A DNA stretch of 64,000 nucleotides from Patescibacteria group bacterium (GTDB taxonomy: Bacteria; Patescibacteriota; Microgenomatia; Levybacterales; UBA12049). A program made the translations under genes and the position numbers. The stretch covers positions 401 to 64,400 of the forward strand of contig DASYZL010000022.1 in NCBI GenBank assembly GCA_035946335.1. The letters are read 5' to 3'. Below are positions 1-12,466 of this stretch, one piece after another. The notes beneath the pieces were generated by a model. The model had not been told where the DNA came from, ran no database searches, and saw only the letters and a list, made by a program, of their open reading frames with translations. Each line of letters begins with the position of its first letter. The stretch's first letter is position 1.

Positions 1-369
1 TTGCTCCGTAGCTTGCGTAGATAATGTACCAAGCAAATCATCTGCTTCGTATCCGTTAACGCCAAATATGGGAATGCCGATTGCTTCAAGCGCTCGATGC
101 AATATAGGAACTTGTGATACCAGCCCATCTTTCATCTTTGGTCTGTTGGCATGATACCCAGCATACATGGTCATACGGAATGTTGGTGCGCCTTTATCAA
201 AACAGATCACGACATAATCTGGCAGTACTTCCTCCAGGAGTTTAAGCAGCATGGCAAAAAATCCATATATTGCATTGGTAGGATTGCCATCTTTATCGGT
301 GAAGGGCGGATATGCATGAAATGCGCGGTGAAGAATGGCATTACCGTCAATAAGCAGAAGACGTTTCAT
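1..369 (-). CDS. 5'-3' exonuclease (DNA polymerase I N-terminal FEN-like domain), 3' end cut by window edge
   Basis: Reverse-complement translation MKRLLLIDGNAILHRAFHAYPPF...VICFDKGAPTFRMTMYAGYHANRP...GYEADDLLGTL matches the Pol I/FEN 5' nuclease signature; ATG at 367-369. Confidence 0.7.
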   Translation of the reverse strand, partial: MKRLLLIDGNAILHRAFHAYPPFTDKDGNPTNAIYGFFAMLLKLLEEVLPDYVVICFDKGAPTFRMTMYAGYHANRPKMKDGLVSQVPILHRALEAIGIPIFGVNGYEADDLLGTLSTQATEQ

Positions 370-389
370 GGGAATAGTATAGCAGCTCT

Positions 390-2255
390 TTATGTTTTTT
401 TGGGTTTCTCTATAAACGGTGAAGCAACTTTTGGTTTATTGCCCATAAAACCTGCAAATTCATCTGCTTCTAGTGTTTCTTTTCTCAACAGCTCTGCTGC
501 GAGCTTATCTAATTCTTTTTTGTACTTCTTAAGAATTTTTTTCGATTCCTCATAACATGAATCGATTATTTTTTGCACTTCTTTATCTATTTTCGCAAGC
601 ATTTCAGGCGATAATTCCCGCGACTCATACATATAACGCTTTTCTGATTGTAAATTAACCGGCCCCAAATCGCTCATGCCATAATTAATAACCATTTCCC
701 GGGCAACTTCTGTTGCTTTTTCGATATCATTACTTGCGCCTGTTGTCATTTCATTAAAGACCATTTGCTCAGCAGCACGTCCACCAAGCATCGCGATGAT
801 TTGCTCAAGAATAAAGGTGCGAGTTTCATGCGAACGTTCGGCCGGTTCCATCATCGTATGTCCCAGTGTCATACTCCTACTTACGATGGAGACCCGATGC
901 ACAGGATCCAAATGCGGTAAATACCAAATAACGATTGCATGCCCCCCCTCATGGTAAGCGGTAATTTTTTTGTCTTCGTCCGATTGCAGTCGCCGTTTTT
1001 CAGGACCAAGTTTTACTTTTGTTGCTGCTTCTTCCAAATCGTGCATGTCAATTGCTTTTTTATCTTTTCGCGCCGCTAGAATTGCTGCTTCGTTCAACAT
1101 GTTCTCCAAATCTGCTCCTGAAAATCCGACAGTCCGACGCGCAACCTTCTCCCAATTGACGTCCGAGGTAAATGGCTTTCCTTTTGCGTGAATTGCAAGA
1201 ATTGCTTTTCGTCCCTCAATATCCGGCATGTCCAATGTTACTTTTCTGTCAAACCGTCCCGGACGTACTAATGCCGGGTCCAATACATCAGGACGATTTG
1301 TTGCAGCCACTACGACGATCTGTTCGTTAGGTGTAAATCCATCCATTTCAACAAGAATCTGATTAAGTGTTTGTTCCCGTTCATCATGTCCACCCATAAG
1401 CCCGACTCCCCGCTGCCTGCCGATCGCATCAATCTCATCAATGAAAATAATGGCTGGTTGATTCTTCTTTGCCATAGAAAAAAGGTCACGGACCCGCGAG
1501 GCACCAACACCTACCAGCATTTCCATGAATTCAGACCCTGCGATAGAAAAGAATGTTGTTCCGGCTTCTCCGGCCGTCGCGCGCGCGAGGAGCGTTTTTC
1601 CTGTTCCGCTTGGACCCACCATTAAAACTCCCTTTGGCGATCGTGCTCCCATTGATTTATACTTTGCAGGGTTTTTAAGAAAATCGACAATTTCTGATAA
1701 CTCCTGCTTTGCTTCGTCAACCCCAGCGACATCAGCAAAGGTCACTTTCGGGTTATCTTTATTAAACAGTCGCGCCTTTGACTGTCCGAATGAAAAAATG
1801 CTTTCCTGTGCGCCTCGTGCCTGTCGAAAAATGAAATAGAAAAATGCGATCATTAAAACTATAGGAAGAATATTGGTCGCAATATTAACCCAATTAAGGA
1901 ATGTTTCAGAATTCACGCTAACTTTTGTCCTATTAAGGTTAACTCCTGCATCATGAAACAGAGAGTAAATACTTACACCGGATTCCTTTGTCGCTGTTAA
2001 TGTTTTCCCCTGCTCTGTTGCTGTCAGTTTGGTATCCGTTACTGTCAACTGATTCACTTTTCCTGCTTTGACATCTGAAATGATTTGCGAAATAGCAACG
2101 GACTGCGAATTTTCAGTTGGAATATTAATACCGGCAAAAAGAAACAGTAGAAAAAGCAAGAGAACACCATAGAGTAAAAGATTTTTCCAAGACATATTGA
2201 TTTTTACTTTGACTATCTTGTGTTTGTGGTTTTTCTTTTTTGGAGCATCTGCCAT
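390..2255 (-). CDS. ftsH: ATP-dependent zinc metalloprotease FtsH
   Basis: N-terminal TM segment, AAA Walker [15 protein letters not shown], zinc-binding HEGGHA motif, 621 aa. Confidence 0.93.
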   Translation of the reverse strand: MADAPKKKNHKHKIVKVKINMSWKNLLLYGVLLLFLLFLFAGINIPTENSQSVAISQIISDVKAGKVNQLTVTDTKLTATEQGKTLTATKESGVSIYSLFHDAGVNLNRTKVSVNSETFLNWVNIATNILPIVLMIAFFYFIFRQARGAQESIFSFGQSKARLFNKDNPKVTFADVAGVDEAKQELSEIVDFLKNPAKYKSMGARSPKGVLMVGPSGTGKTLLARATAGEAGTTFFSIAGSEFMEMLVGVGASRVRDLFSMAKKNQPAIIFIDEIDAIGRQRGVGLMGGHDEREQTLNQILVEMDGFTPNEQIVVVAATNRPDVLDPALVRPGRFDRKVTLDMPDIEGRKAILAIHAKGKPFTSDVNWEKVARRTVGFSGADLENMLNEAAILAARKDKKAIDMHDLEEAATKVKLGPEKRRLQSDEDKKITAYHEGGHAIVIWYLPHLDPVHRVSIVSRSMTLGHTMMEPAERSHETRTFILEQIIAMLGGRAAEQMVFNEMTTGASNDIEKATEVAREMVINYGMSDLGPVNLQSEKRYMYESRELSPEMLAKIDKEVQKIIDSCYEESKKILKKYKKELDKLAAELLRKETLEADEFAGFMGNKPKVASPFIEKPKKT

Positions 2256-2298
2256 AGGACGTTAGTATACCATACAGGAAGCTATTTTGCAGCAATTC

Positions 2299-3264
2299 TT
2301 ATATACGCCTTTGCTGCGTACCATGTGTTATTTCTATATGTCTTCTCTGATCGATCGAAGAAGAGAGCGATGGTTCTCGTCCTTTTACCTGCACTGCTTC
2401 TTCTTTAAATGGATATTGCCGAGAGGGTTTCACAAGAGGCAAATGTTGCTTTTGTTGCAATCTTTTCTTTACAATTGCCAAAACAGTTGAAAACCAGACA
2501 AGTGCTTCATCACTACACCCTATGAATGCTCCATGGTGTCCAGGAATCAGATGATTAACAGCAAGGGCAAGTCCACCTCCTGCAAGACTACCTATGCCTA
2601 AATCAATTCCTCTTTCTCTTACTGCTTCCTGCATATATTCCGGTTCGCTTCTATCTATTTGAGCAAGTACAGTCGCATCAGCAAGTAAACTGGAAACTCT
2701 CTGGCGCAGTACTCTTCGTTGTTGCTTAGGAGAAAGATTTACACTTATTTTTGATTTTGCATTATCAACAAGGATCTGCAAAAGACGATATCGTCCGTCA
2801 CTCTGCAAATATGCTGATGGTCTTCCGAGAATCAACTTTCTCACATCGCCTGGTTTTATTAATTCCGGATAATCTCTCAGGTATGGAGCAATCATCTCTG
2901 GCTTTATCTGTTCAGTTTCTTCATGCAATCCTTGCAAAAAATTTGAGCGGTTTATTTGCTCTCTTCGTAAACTAAAAGGAGACCAGGTAAGTCCTGAAGT
3001 GGCGCCGCCAAGTGCTGCTAGTGCAACTGTTGCAACTTCCGCAAGGAGCGGATTAGGAATATCTCCTGCAGCAAAACTGGCTCCAATAAGCAGAGCAAAG
3101 CATCCAGTAAGCAGCGCAAGATTTTCTTCTCCCTTTTTTGTTCCGGTTGCTTTCGCAATAACTGATTCAATTTTTTCAAATGTATTTTCTGCATGCTCTC
3201 CGAAGGATTGCGACATGGATGTTTTTTGCGCGGGGACAGCGCTGAGTTGTTCTTGAAACGACAT
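2299..3264 (-). CDS. hypothetical protein
   Basis: 321-aa ORF with no motif I recognise; Gly/Ala-rich stretch GSLAGGGLALAV. Confidence 0.45.
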   Translation of the reverse strand: MSFQEQLSAVPAQKTSMSQSFGEHAENTFEKIESVIAKATGTKKGEENLALLTGCFALLIGASFAAGDIPNPLLAEVATVALAALGGATSGLTWSPFSLRREQINRSNFLQGLHEETEQIKPEMIAPYLRDYPELIKPGDVRKLILGRPSAYLQSDGRYRLLQILVDNAKSKISVNLSPKQQRRVLRQRVSSLLADATVLAQIDRSEPEYMQEAVRERGIDLGIGSLAGGGLALAVNHLIPGHHGAFIGCSDEALVWFSTVLAIVKKRLQQKQHLPLVKPSRQYPFKEEAVQVKGREPSLSSSIDQRRHIEITHGTQQRRI

Positions 3265-3296
3265 AAAACAGGCAGTTATTATACAATCATTTCCTT

Positions 3297-4109
3297 TTAT
3301 TGTCGAAGATATATTACTTGTCTATCAGGAGAAAAAGTAATAAAAGTGTCTTTTTCCAATCCGGCAAGAATATGACTTAGTCTTTCAGACATAAGTGATG
3401 ATTTGGGAAAATACTTTCTAACATCAGCAGTAGCCATTTTATGTTTTGTTAAAAGCAGTTTTATTATTGCTCCCCGGTAGAATCTATCAGATTCTTTGAA
3501 TTTGGATTGTTTGGGAATAGGAATTTTATATTGTTTTAACACCGCTGCTGCGTAGTCCATGAGCGCCTGATTCCATTCATAGGCTTTACCACCTGGAAGT
3601 AGCTGCGTTGCAACCTCTACGAGTATTTTTTCCTCAGGCACAACTCCTTCAAAAAAGCGCACAGCAATGACTTTTCGAATATTCGTATCGACAACAGCAA
3701 GCTGTTTATCAAATCCAAAGCACAAAAGCGCTCTTGCTGTATATGTTCCGATCCCAGGAAGACGTACCAATTCTTTTTCTGTCTGCGGTACAATGCAATC
3801 ATATTCTTCCATAATAATCTGAGCACTTTTCTGCATATACAATGCCCTTCTGTTATAACCAAGCCCACTCCACAGCAGCAATACATCTCGAGTTGCAGCA
3901 GTGGCCAAGTCTTTCCATGTCGGAAAATGCTTTAACCATACTTCATATTTAGGAATAACCCGACTCACCTGTGTTTGCTGTAGCATCACCTCTGAAATGA
4001 GTATGTGGTATGGTTCCCTATCTCTACGCCACGGCAAATCGCGTTTGTTTCCTGCATACCAGGTGAAAATTTCCTGTTGGAAAGATTGCATTTGTTTTTT
4101 AGAAACCAT
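3297..4109 (-). CDS. HhH-GPD DNA glycosylase, MutY/EndoIII-like, apparently lacking the C-terminal 4Fe-4S cysteine cluster
   Basis: WYAGNKRDLPWR and LPGIGTYTARA (HhH-GPD) motifs typical of MutY; the C-terminal 80 aa contain no Cys-X6-Cys-X2-Cys-X5-Cys. Confidence 0.7.
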   Translation of the reverse strand: MVSKKQMQSFQQEIFTWYAGNKRDLPWRRDREPYHILISEVMLQQTQVSRVIPKYEVWLKHFPTWKDLATAATRDVLLLWSGLGYNRRALYMQKSAQIIMEEYDCIVPQTEKELVRLPGIGTYTARALLCFGFDKQLAVVDTNIRKVIAVRFFEGVVPEEKILVEVATQLLPGGKAYEWNQALMDYAAAVLKQYKIPIPKQSKFKESDRFYRGAIIKLLLTKHKMATADVRKYFPKSSLMSERLSHILAGLEKDTFITFSPDRQVIYLRQ

Positions 4110-4128
4110 ATCTGCTAGGATACAATTT

Positions 4129-4899
4129 ATGCTGCTTCATATTCTGCAACTTAATATATACGCCTGCACGTATTTTGACAACATACAGAAATTTTTCAAA
4201 GAAAATTCGTTTGACATTCTGCAATTCCAGGAAGTATGCGGAAAAGGAACGCGAGTGGGCAATATTGTTTGCAATAGAAACAATTTAGAGGAGTTACAAA
4301 CCCTTCTTGGTTCAACTTATCACAGTGAACTTATCAAAAGATCATTATTCACTTCCAGTCCGACTGCTTACGAAGCAAATGCAACATTCTGGAAAGATAC
4401 CCTGAGAGAAGTAAAAAAAGAAATCATTTGGCTCAATAAAACAGATAAACCATTTCCTTCCGAAGAAAAAGATTTCTCTACGATGGGAACTGCTGCTCTT
4501 GCATTGCAATTTGTTATAAACGATAGGCCGATATGGTTTATTAATACGCATGGCGCGTGGAGTAAATCAGAAAAAGATACGCTTGCGAAAGAACAGCAGG
4601 CAGCTCTCCTTGTTGATTTTATCAAAAAGCTCGCAGAGCCATTTATCTTAACCGGAGATTTTAATGCAGGTAATACTACCCGTACGATCCAACTTTTGGA
4701 AAAATATAGCCGTAATCTTGCGAAAGAATATGGTCTAACAAATACGTTAAATCCTCGCTTGCACCGCGCAAAGGTTTTTCCACCTGGTTTGGCTGTTGAT
4801 TTTATTTTTACCAGTCCGCGGGTTGCGGTAAAAGATTTTACATTGATTGATGAAGATTTGTCAGACCACCTCGGTTTGGCGGTAACAATAGAAGTTTAG
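4129..4899 (+). CDS. Endonuclease/exonuclease/phosphatase (EEP) family protein, exonuclease III-like
   Basis: Motifs DILQFQEV, INTHGAW, TGDFNAG, SDHLGLAV. Start moved to ATG 4129 because the longer track ORF from 3901 overlaps the glycosylase gene. Confidence 0.65.
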   Translation: MLLHILQLNIYACTYFDNIQKFFKENSFDILQFQEVCGKGTRVGNIVCNRNNLEELQTLLGSTYHSELIKRSLFTSSPTAYEANATFWKDTLREVKKEIIWLNKTDKPFPSEEKDFSTMGTAALALQFVINDRPIWFINTHGAWSKSEKDTLAKEQQAALLVDFIKKLAEPFILTGDFNAGNTTRTIQLLEKYSRNLAKEYGLTNTLNPRLHRAKVFPPGLAVDFIFTSPRVAVKDFTLIDEDLSDHLGLAVTIEV

Positions 4900-5936
4900 T
4901 AGACGAATCCCAAAACATCTTTTACTTCTTGTAACACTTTTTTTGTTTCCTCTCTGACGCGCTCGTTTCCCTTCTGCAAAATTGCCAGTAACTTTTCTTC
5001 ACCATCAAATTTCTCCCTCCGTTTTCGTATTGGCTCTAGGAAATTATTGAGAATTTGCAATAAGAACTTTTTAACCTCAATATCGCCTATTTGTCCCTTT
5101 TGATAGAGATCTTTGTATTCACCAATTTTCTCCCCATCCTTTTCTGTTCCGAACGCATCAAGATAAATAAACACAGGATTGCCTTCTATGTGTCCTGGAT
5201 CAGTTACGTGAATTCGTGTTGGGTCTGTATACATACTCATAACTTTTTTTTCAACTTCCTTAGGACTTGAGGAAAGAAAAATAGTATTCCCAATTGTCTT
5301 ACTCATTTTCGGGTTACCATCGGTGCCTACCAGCTTCCCTACTCTACCAATAAGTGCTTGTGGCTCCGGTAAAAAATCTTTTCCTGCCAGTTTATTAAAT
5401 GTCCGTGCAATTTCCCGTGATTGCTCCAGGTGCGCCTCCTGATCCTGCCCAACCGGCACCAACTCACCTTTTACACACAAAATATCCGCTGCCTGAAAAA
5501 CCGGGTAATTGATAAAACCCAAGCTGAATTGATCTCCCAACCCTTTCATTTTAATTTCATCTTTAATCGTGGGGTTGCGAAGTGCACGATTATGGCTGAC
5601 ATACATAGAAAACAATCCGGCAAGTTCATACAATTGTGGAATTTCCGATTCGATAAAAAATGTTACCTTATCCGGATCAAGTCCAACGGCTATGTTGTCT
5701 AACAGGACATCCAATACATGCTGACGGATAATTTGTGGATTTGCGTGCAATGTCGTTAAAGCATGGGTATCGGCGAGAATAATAAACGTCTCGTAATCGT
5801 TTTGCAGCTTCACTCTATTTTCCAGAGTTCCGACATAATGCCCCAAGTGCAATTTTCCTGTTGGTGTGTCACCGGTGAGAATCCGTTTTTTTGTGCGAAA
5901 TGGGTTGTTAGAGCTTGAAGCACGTTGTTGGTTCAT
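4896..5936 (-). CDS. trpS: Tryptophan--tRNA ligase
   Basis: Class I HIGH region TGDTPTGKLHLGHYVG and KMSKT (KMSKS) motif; 346 aa. Confidence 0.88.
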   Translation of the reverse strand: MNQQRASSSNNPFRTKKRILTGDTPTGKLHLGHYVGTLENRVKLQNDYETFIILADTHALTTLHANPQIIRQHVLDVLLDNIAVGLDPDKVTFFIESEIPQLYELAGLFSMYVSHNRALRNPTIKDEIKMKGLGDQFSLGFINYPVFQAADILCVKGELVPVGQDQEAHLEQSREIARTFNKLAGKDFLPEPQALIGRVGKLVGTDGNPKMSKTIGNTIFLSSSPKEVEKKVMSMYTDPTRIHVTDPGHIEGNPVFIYLDAFGTEKDGEKIGEYKDLYQKGQIGDIEVKKFLLQILNNFLEPIRKRREKFDGEEKLLAILQKGNERVREETKKVLQEVKDVLGFVY

Positions 5937-5940
5937 AGTA

Positions 5941-6264
5941 TTAATGTACCCTCACTCCATTCTTTACCGGTTTTTCTGGCACTAGAAATACAATGCTATT
6001 TTCATCATCTGTTGCCATAATCATTCCCTGTGATACATGCCCTTTAAGTGTCCTAGTTTCTAAATTAGTAATCACCGGTATTTGCTTACCAACCAACACT
6101 GATGGATCCGGGTAAAACGCAGCAATTGCTGACATAATCTGACGCTTTTCATCACCAAAGTCAAAAATAAGCTGCAATAATCTATCTCCTTGCGGAATTT
6201 TTGTTGCTTCAATAATTGTCCCAACTTTTATTTCTAATTTTGTGAAGTCATCAAAAGTAACCAT
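5941..6264 (-). CDS. tRNA-binding domain protein (CsaA/Trbp111/EMAP-like)
   Basis: 107 aa; FDDFTKLEIKVGTIIEA...DRLLQL is typical of the MetRS C-terminal-like tRNA-binding fold; lies 4 bp upstream of trpS on the same strand. Confidence 0.7.
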   Translation of the reverse strand: MVTFDDFTKLEIKVGTIIEATKIPQGDRLLQLIFDFGDEKRQIMSAIAAFYPDPSVLVGKQIPVITNLETRTLKGHVSQGMIMATDDENSIVFLVPEKPVKNGVRVH

Positions 6265-6379
6265 AGCTATATTGTATCAAACTTATGGCAAATAGATAGC
6301 GGGCATGTCATTCGTGTAATAAAAAAGTATTTATATAACAGGTCATGCATCATGCAACACTAAAATAGCACCTAGTACT

Positions 6380-9074
<2,695 letters not shown>

Positions 9075-9083
9075 GCCTGGTTT

Positions 9084-9875
9084 TTATTCTAGCAGATCAA
9101 CGTGGTGAATTGGGAATGATTTTTTCAATATTTCCTGAGCAATTTGTGCAAACGGTTTGCTTTCTCCAGTTGTATAGAAGAGGTGCGTGGGATGTTTCTG
9201 GCTATTCTGCATCTTATTATTTGTTATAATCCGCCTTACTTGTTGAGCAATGGCGATGGCAGAATCTAAAATCTGCACGTCTTGACCAAGAAACTCCTGA
9301 ATTTGTTTTTTCAGAATGGGAAAATGTGTTGAACCCAACACGACAACATCTACCCCTTTTTCTCGAAAAAGAAAAAGCTCCTGTGTAAGTATTGTTGACA
9401 ACGCTGCATGCTTTTCAGCTTCAAGAAGAGGAACTATTTTATTCGTCCCAATAACAACTACTTCACAATCAGCAGCAAATTGCTGAATAAGGTGTCTATT
9501 GTATGCACTTTTTGCTGTTGCTTCGGTTACCAGCAAGCCTATTTTTTTCTTTTTTGTTATTGCAGCTGCTGTTTTAATAACGGGAACTGTACCGATAATG
9601 GGGATGTCCGGGAATGTATGGCGTAAAAAAGTAATACCGCTTACCGTAATCGTATTACAAGCGATGACAATAAGTTTTACCTGTTGCATACGAAGAAAAT
9701 GGATAAGCTTTTTTGTAAGATACTGAATTTCTTCTTGACTTCTTTTTCCATATGGCGCATTGACTGAATCGCCGATATAGACCGTTGCTTCATGGGGAAG
9801 GTAACGCGTGAGTTCTCTGAAAATTGTTAATCCCCCTACACCCGAATCCAAAATACCAATGGGTTGCTTATGCAT
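9084..9875 (-). CDS. murI: Glutamate racemase
   Basis: IGILDSGVGGLT, YIGDSVNAPYGKRS and the second Cys region VIACNT. Confidence 0.88.
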   Translation of the reverse strand: MHKQPIGILDSGVGGLTIFRELTRYLPHEATVYIGDSVNAPYGKRSQEEIQYLTKKLIHFLRMQQVKLIVIACNTITVSGITFLRHTFPDIPIIGTVPVIKTAAAITKKKKIGLLVTEATAKSAYNRHLIQQFAADCEVVVIGTNKIVPLLEAEKHAALSTILTQELFLFREKGVDVVVLGSTHFPILKKQIQEFLGQDVQILDSAIAIAQQVRRIITNNKMQNSQKHPTHLFYTTGESKPFAQIAQEILKKSFPIHHVDLLE

Positions 9876-9901
9876 AGAGCAGTACCTGCGTTTTACTTTC
9901 G

Positions 9902-9975
9902 TACCAGGGGAGAGAGTCGAACTCTCGCTCTTCAGTTTATGAATCTGATGCTTTAACCAACTAAGCTACCCTGGC
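9902..9975 (-). tRNA. tRNA-Met/Ile2 family (anticodon CAT)
   Basis: Manual cloverleaf: acceptor GCCAGGG/CCCTGGT, T-arm GAGAG-TTCGACT-CTCTC, anticodon loop TTCATAA (U33-CAU-A37). Confidence 0.7.
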
Positions 9976-10034
9976 AATGCTCTCTAGTATAACAATTGAC
10001 CTCACTCTCGGTCAATGTTATAATGGTCTTTACG

Positions 10035-10290
10035 TGCGGGGTAGTGTACAGTGCACATGAGGCTTAACAGAATGGGCCATCTTATTAGGAATAGTAAGAC
10101 ATGTATTCAGCTATATCGGTAAACTCCTACGTGGACAATACCGAGGGAAGGTTCGCTCAATGCGAAAACCCGTAGAGACCAAACGCTGAACATCCAGAAC
10201 CGGATGAAGATAGAGTCCGACACTCTGAGTAATCAGAGCAAACAGATGCATAATCTCATAGGCTGGGCGCGACTCCCAGCCCCGCAACAT
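10035..10290 (+). ncRNA. Unidentified structured RNA; possibly a reduced RNase P RNA (rnpB)
   Basis: About 250 nt non-coding gap with complementary ends (UGCGGGG...CCCCGCA), a perfect 7-bp hairpin GGCTGGG-CGCGACT-CCCAGCC, and RNase P-like strings GGUAAACUCC and CAGAACCGGAU; no ORF. Confidence 0.3.
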
Positions 10291-10429
10291 AGGTTATTTA
10301 GATTGATAATACAATGCAAATCAATAATTAGGTGATGTCTTTTGTTACTACTGAAGGTTTCTGTGCACCAAAATTTTCGTTACATCCTACTTATAGGACT
10401 TTAACTACATTTCGCAACAAATATTCTGT

Positions 10430-11143
10430 TTGGAAAAAATATCCTACTTTGATATAATTTCGAACATGGCTAAAGACATGCTAGAAATGGCAGAACTCTT
10501 GTATGCGAATGGATTTTTAACACAAGAGGAGTTAGAGCAAGTAAACACTCTTTCTTACAGAGCCGCAAGACGAGGGGCATTTGAAAAAGCCGATGCTATT
10601 GAACTTGCTGTACGGCAAGAATACATCAAAGAAGCTGAAGCAAATCCTTTAAAGATAAGCGTAGATAATCTTGGTCTCCCGTCTTTATCGAGGAATACAT
10701 TAATCAAGATGAATATATTTACTATCGCTCAGTTAGTATTTTTTGAAAAGATGCTTGGTGATATTCGAACTATGAGTAAATCTCTTGGTAAAATACAACT
10801 GCCTCTTGTGCAAAACGCATTGCAATCTTACTTACAGCAAGAATCATATACAGGGGAAGTTTCACTGAAACAACAAGCAGCAGAAAGTATACGAGCATAT
10901 AGAACTATAGCAAATCCCGTTGATAATACATTAGCAAGATATTATGGGCTGGGCTACAGAGGTATTATAACAATTGGCGACTTTTTGAAACAAAGTGGCG
11001 GTATTAGTCTTGAAGCAGACCACTATACTCCCCATGGGCAAAGTCCATATGTACCAAATCCAAAACGCGACTTTGACAGTATATTAAGGGGAGTGAATAG
11101 CATAATTGCTCAAACGACAGCAGTGAGGAAAACTCTTTCATAA
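10430..11143 (+). CDS. hypothetical protein with RNA polymerase alpha-CTD-like helix-hairpin-helix segment
   Basis: 237 aa; LGLPSLSRNTLIKMNIFTIAQL resembles the alpha-CTD HhH. Confidence 0.45.
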   Translation: MEKISYFDIISNMAKDMLEMAELLYANGFLTQEELEQVNTLSYRAARRGAFEKADAIELAVRQEYIKEAEANPLKISVDNLGLPSLSRNTLIKMNIFTIAQLVFFEKMLGDIRTMSKSLGKIQLPLVQNALQSYLQQESYTGEVSLKQQAAESIRAYRTIANPVDNTLARYYGLGYRGIITIGDFLKQSGGISLEADHYTPHGQSPYVPNPKRDFDSILRGVNSIIAQTTAVRKTLS

Positions 11144-11222
11144 ATGTCACTGTAACTATATGAAATTAACGTGTGGAAAGTAGGTTCTGATTTCTTTTAA
11201 TCCCCGCAACAAAAAGAAAAAC

Positions 11223-12029
11223 TTACAAAATCTCCATTCCCGTTTCGAGGTGGTATTTATCCGATGCTTTCTCGCCCATTATGATGATTTCCACAAACCG
11301 ATTACTATTGATACCTGAACTACCGACAATCAACGCTGCTTCACCCACTGCCACATCGCGTAGTTGTGTGTAACAAGTAAACTCACCAATTTTTGTTTGT
11401 ATACGTTTCCCTGGCGTAAAACTGATTTCCTTTGGCAGTAAAGTCGTTTTTGCATTACCGAAATTATCAATGAGCCAAATTGTTTTTGGTGCATCAGGAA
11501 TACTTTCTATGGGGTATATTTCGTGAGTAATATCCTCTTTATTCATGAGCCAACGGGCTAAACGGGGCATGTAGTCAAAACTGCGAAACTGGGTTGTTGC
11601 GAGCTGATCACGCAGTTCTTTTGTTATTTTTCCTTTTTGAAGAAAACTGTCGGCAACTGTTGTAACATCAGTAAGCATAATCTCTTTTGCTAATCTGAAT
11701 TTTTTGACAAGCGATAAGCAATACCCGTCAATAGTTGCAACCACAAGTGTTTTCTTATACCAGAAGTATCCAAAGGGTGTTCCGTTTGGCCACTTTTTTT
11801 TATGCCTTGGCGCTGAGTTTACTAAAATAACTCCTTCATTGCCACTGGAAGCATCCAGCATGTCAATCATATTTCCAGCTGCTTCTATTTCCCGGTAATT
11901 GGTAATGCCAACCATGGTGATTGCAGCACCAGGAAACAGAGTTGCGAGACGTGTTTGCTGTCGTCCAGATGTATTGTCGTCATGACAATCATTAATGATG
12001 GTAATGAACATAAGGATGAACCTGATCAT
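11223..12029 (-). CDS. SAM hydroxide adenosyltransferase-like (DUF62) protein
   Basis: C-terminal LIDNFGNAKT resembles the DUF62 v-D-FGNl motif; the N-terminal half matches only weakly. Confidence 0.45.
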   Translation of the reverse strand: MIRFILMFITIINDCHDDNTSGRQQTRLATLFPGAAITMVGITNYREIEAAGNMIDMLDASSGNEGVILVNSAPRHKKKWPNGTPFGYFWYKKTLVVATIDGYCLSLVKKFRLAKEIMLTDVTTVADSFLQKGKITKELRDQLATTQFRSFDYMPRLARWLMNKEDITHEIYPIESIPDAPKTIWLIDNFGNAKTTLLPKEISFTPGKRIQTKIGEFTCYTQLRDVAVGEAALIVGSSGINSNRFVEIIIMGEKASDKYHLETGMEIL

Positions 12030-12091
12030 AGCAACGGGATGCTTTTTCTGTCAATGCTGTTTCTCGTTTCCTGACTATGCTATGATAAAAA

Positions 12092-12433
12092 TTAGAAGAA
12101 AATAGCAATCCATTGCTGCCAGTTTGGCAGTTCTTTTATTTTTTTCTGTGCTGATTGATTTTTACCCGAAGGACTTTCTGAGATGATAACTTCATGTTCA
12201 CCTGGTTTCGCCAAAAAGAGATTATCTCTGGCTTGTTCTTCAATAAACTGCTTGGTTGCAACCATCTTGAGTTGTTTTTGCAGCTGATTATTTTCTTTTT
12301 TTACCCGGGAGAGCTGTTGTGCAGCTTGAGATAAAACATCCTGTTTATGCCACAGTTGATAAATTGACCCAAGAAGGCTCATAATAATGACGCAGGCAAA
12401 TATAATTATGGAAAAGAAGATAATTTTTTTCAT
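12092..12433 (-). CDS. Septum formation initiator family protein (FtsB/DivIC-like)
   Basis: N-terminal TM helix, coiled-coil, then FIEEQARDNLFLAKPGEHEV as in FtsB. Confidence 0.6.
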   Translation of the reverse strand: MKKIIFFSIIIFACVIIMSLLGSIYQLWHKQDVLSQAAQQLSRVKKENNQLQKQLKMVATKQFIEEQARDNLFLAKPGEHEVIISESPSGKNQSAQKKIKELPNWQQWIAIFF

Positions 12434-12466
12434 TGACGAAAACGATAAGAGATGATATTATAGGCT

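Noticed and set aside
151-555. 134-aa plus-strand ORF
   Set aside because: It lies entirely antisense to the Pol I 5'-nuclease domain and the 3' end of ftsH, and has a low-complexity Ser/Phe-rich translation, so it is most likely spurious.
3901-4128. 5' extension of the EEP nuclease ORF
   Set aside because: The extension overlaps the MutY-like gene on the opposite strand by about 200 bp; the internal ATG at 4129 gives a sensible divergent arrangement.
10035-10290. tmRNA hypothesis for this structured RNA
   Set aside because: A bona fide tmRNA with the canonical 5' end and an AA-ending tag is present at 38780-39211 next to smpB. This region has no tag-like frame and no GAUUCGAC motif.
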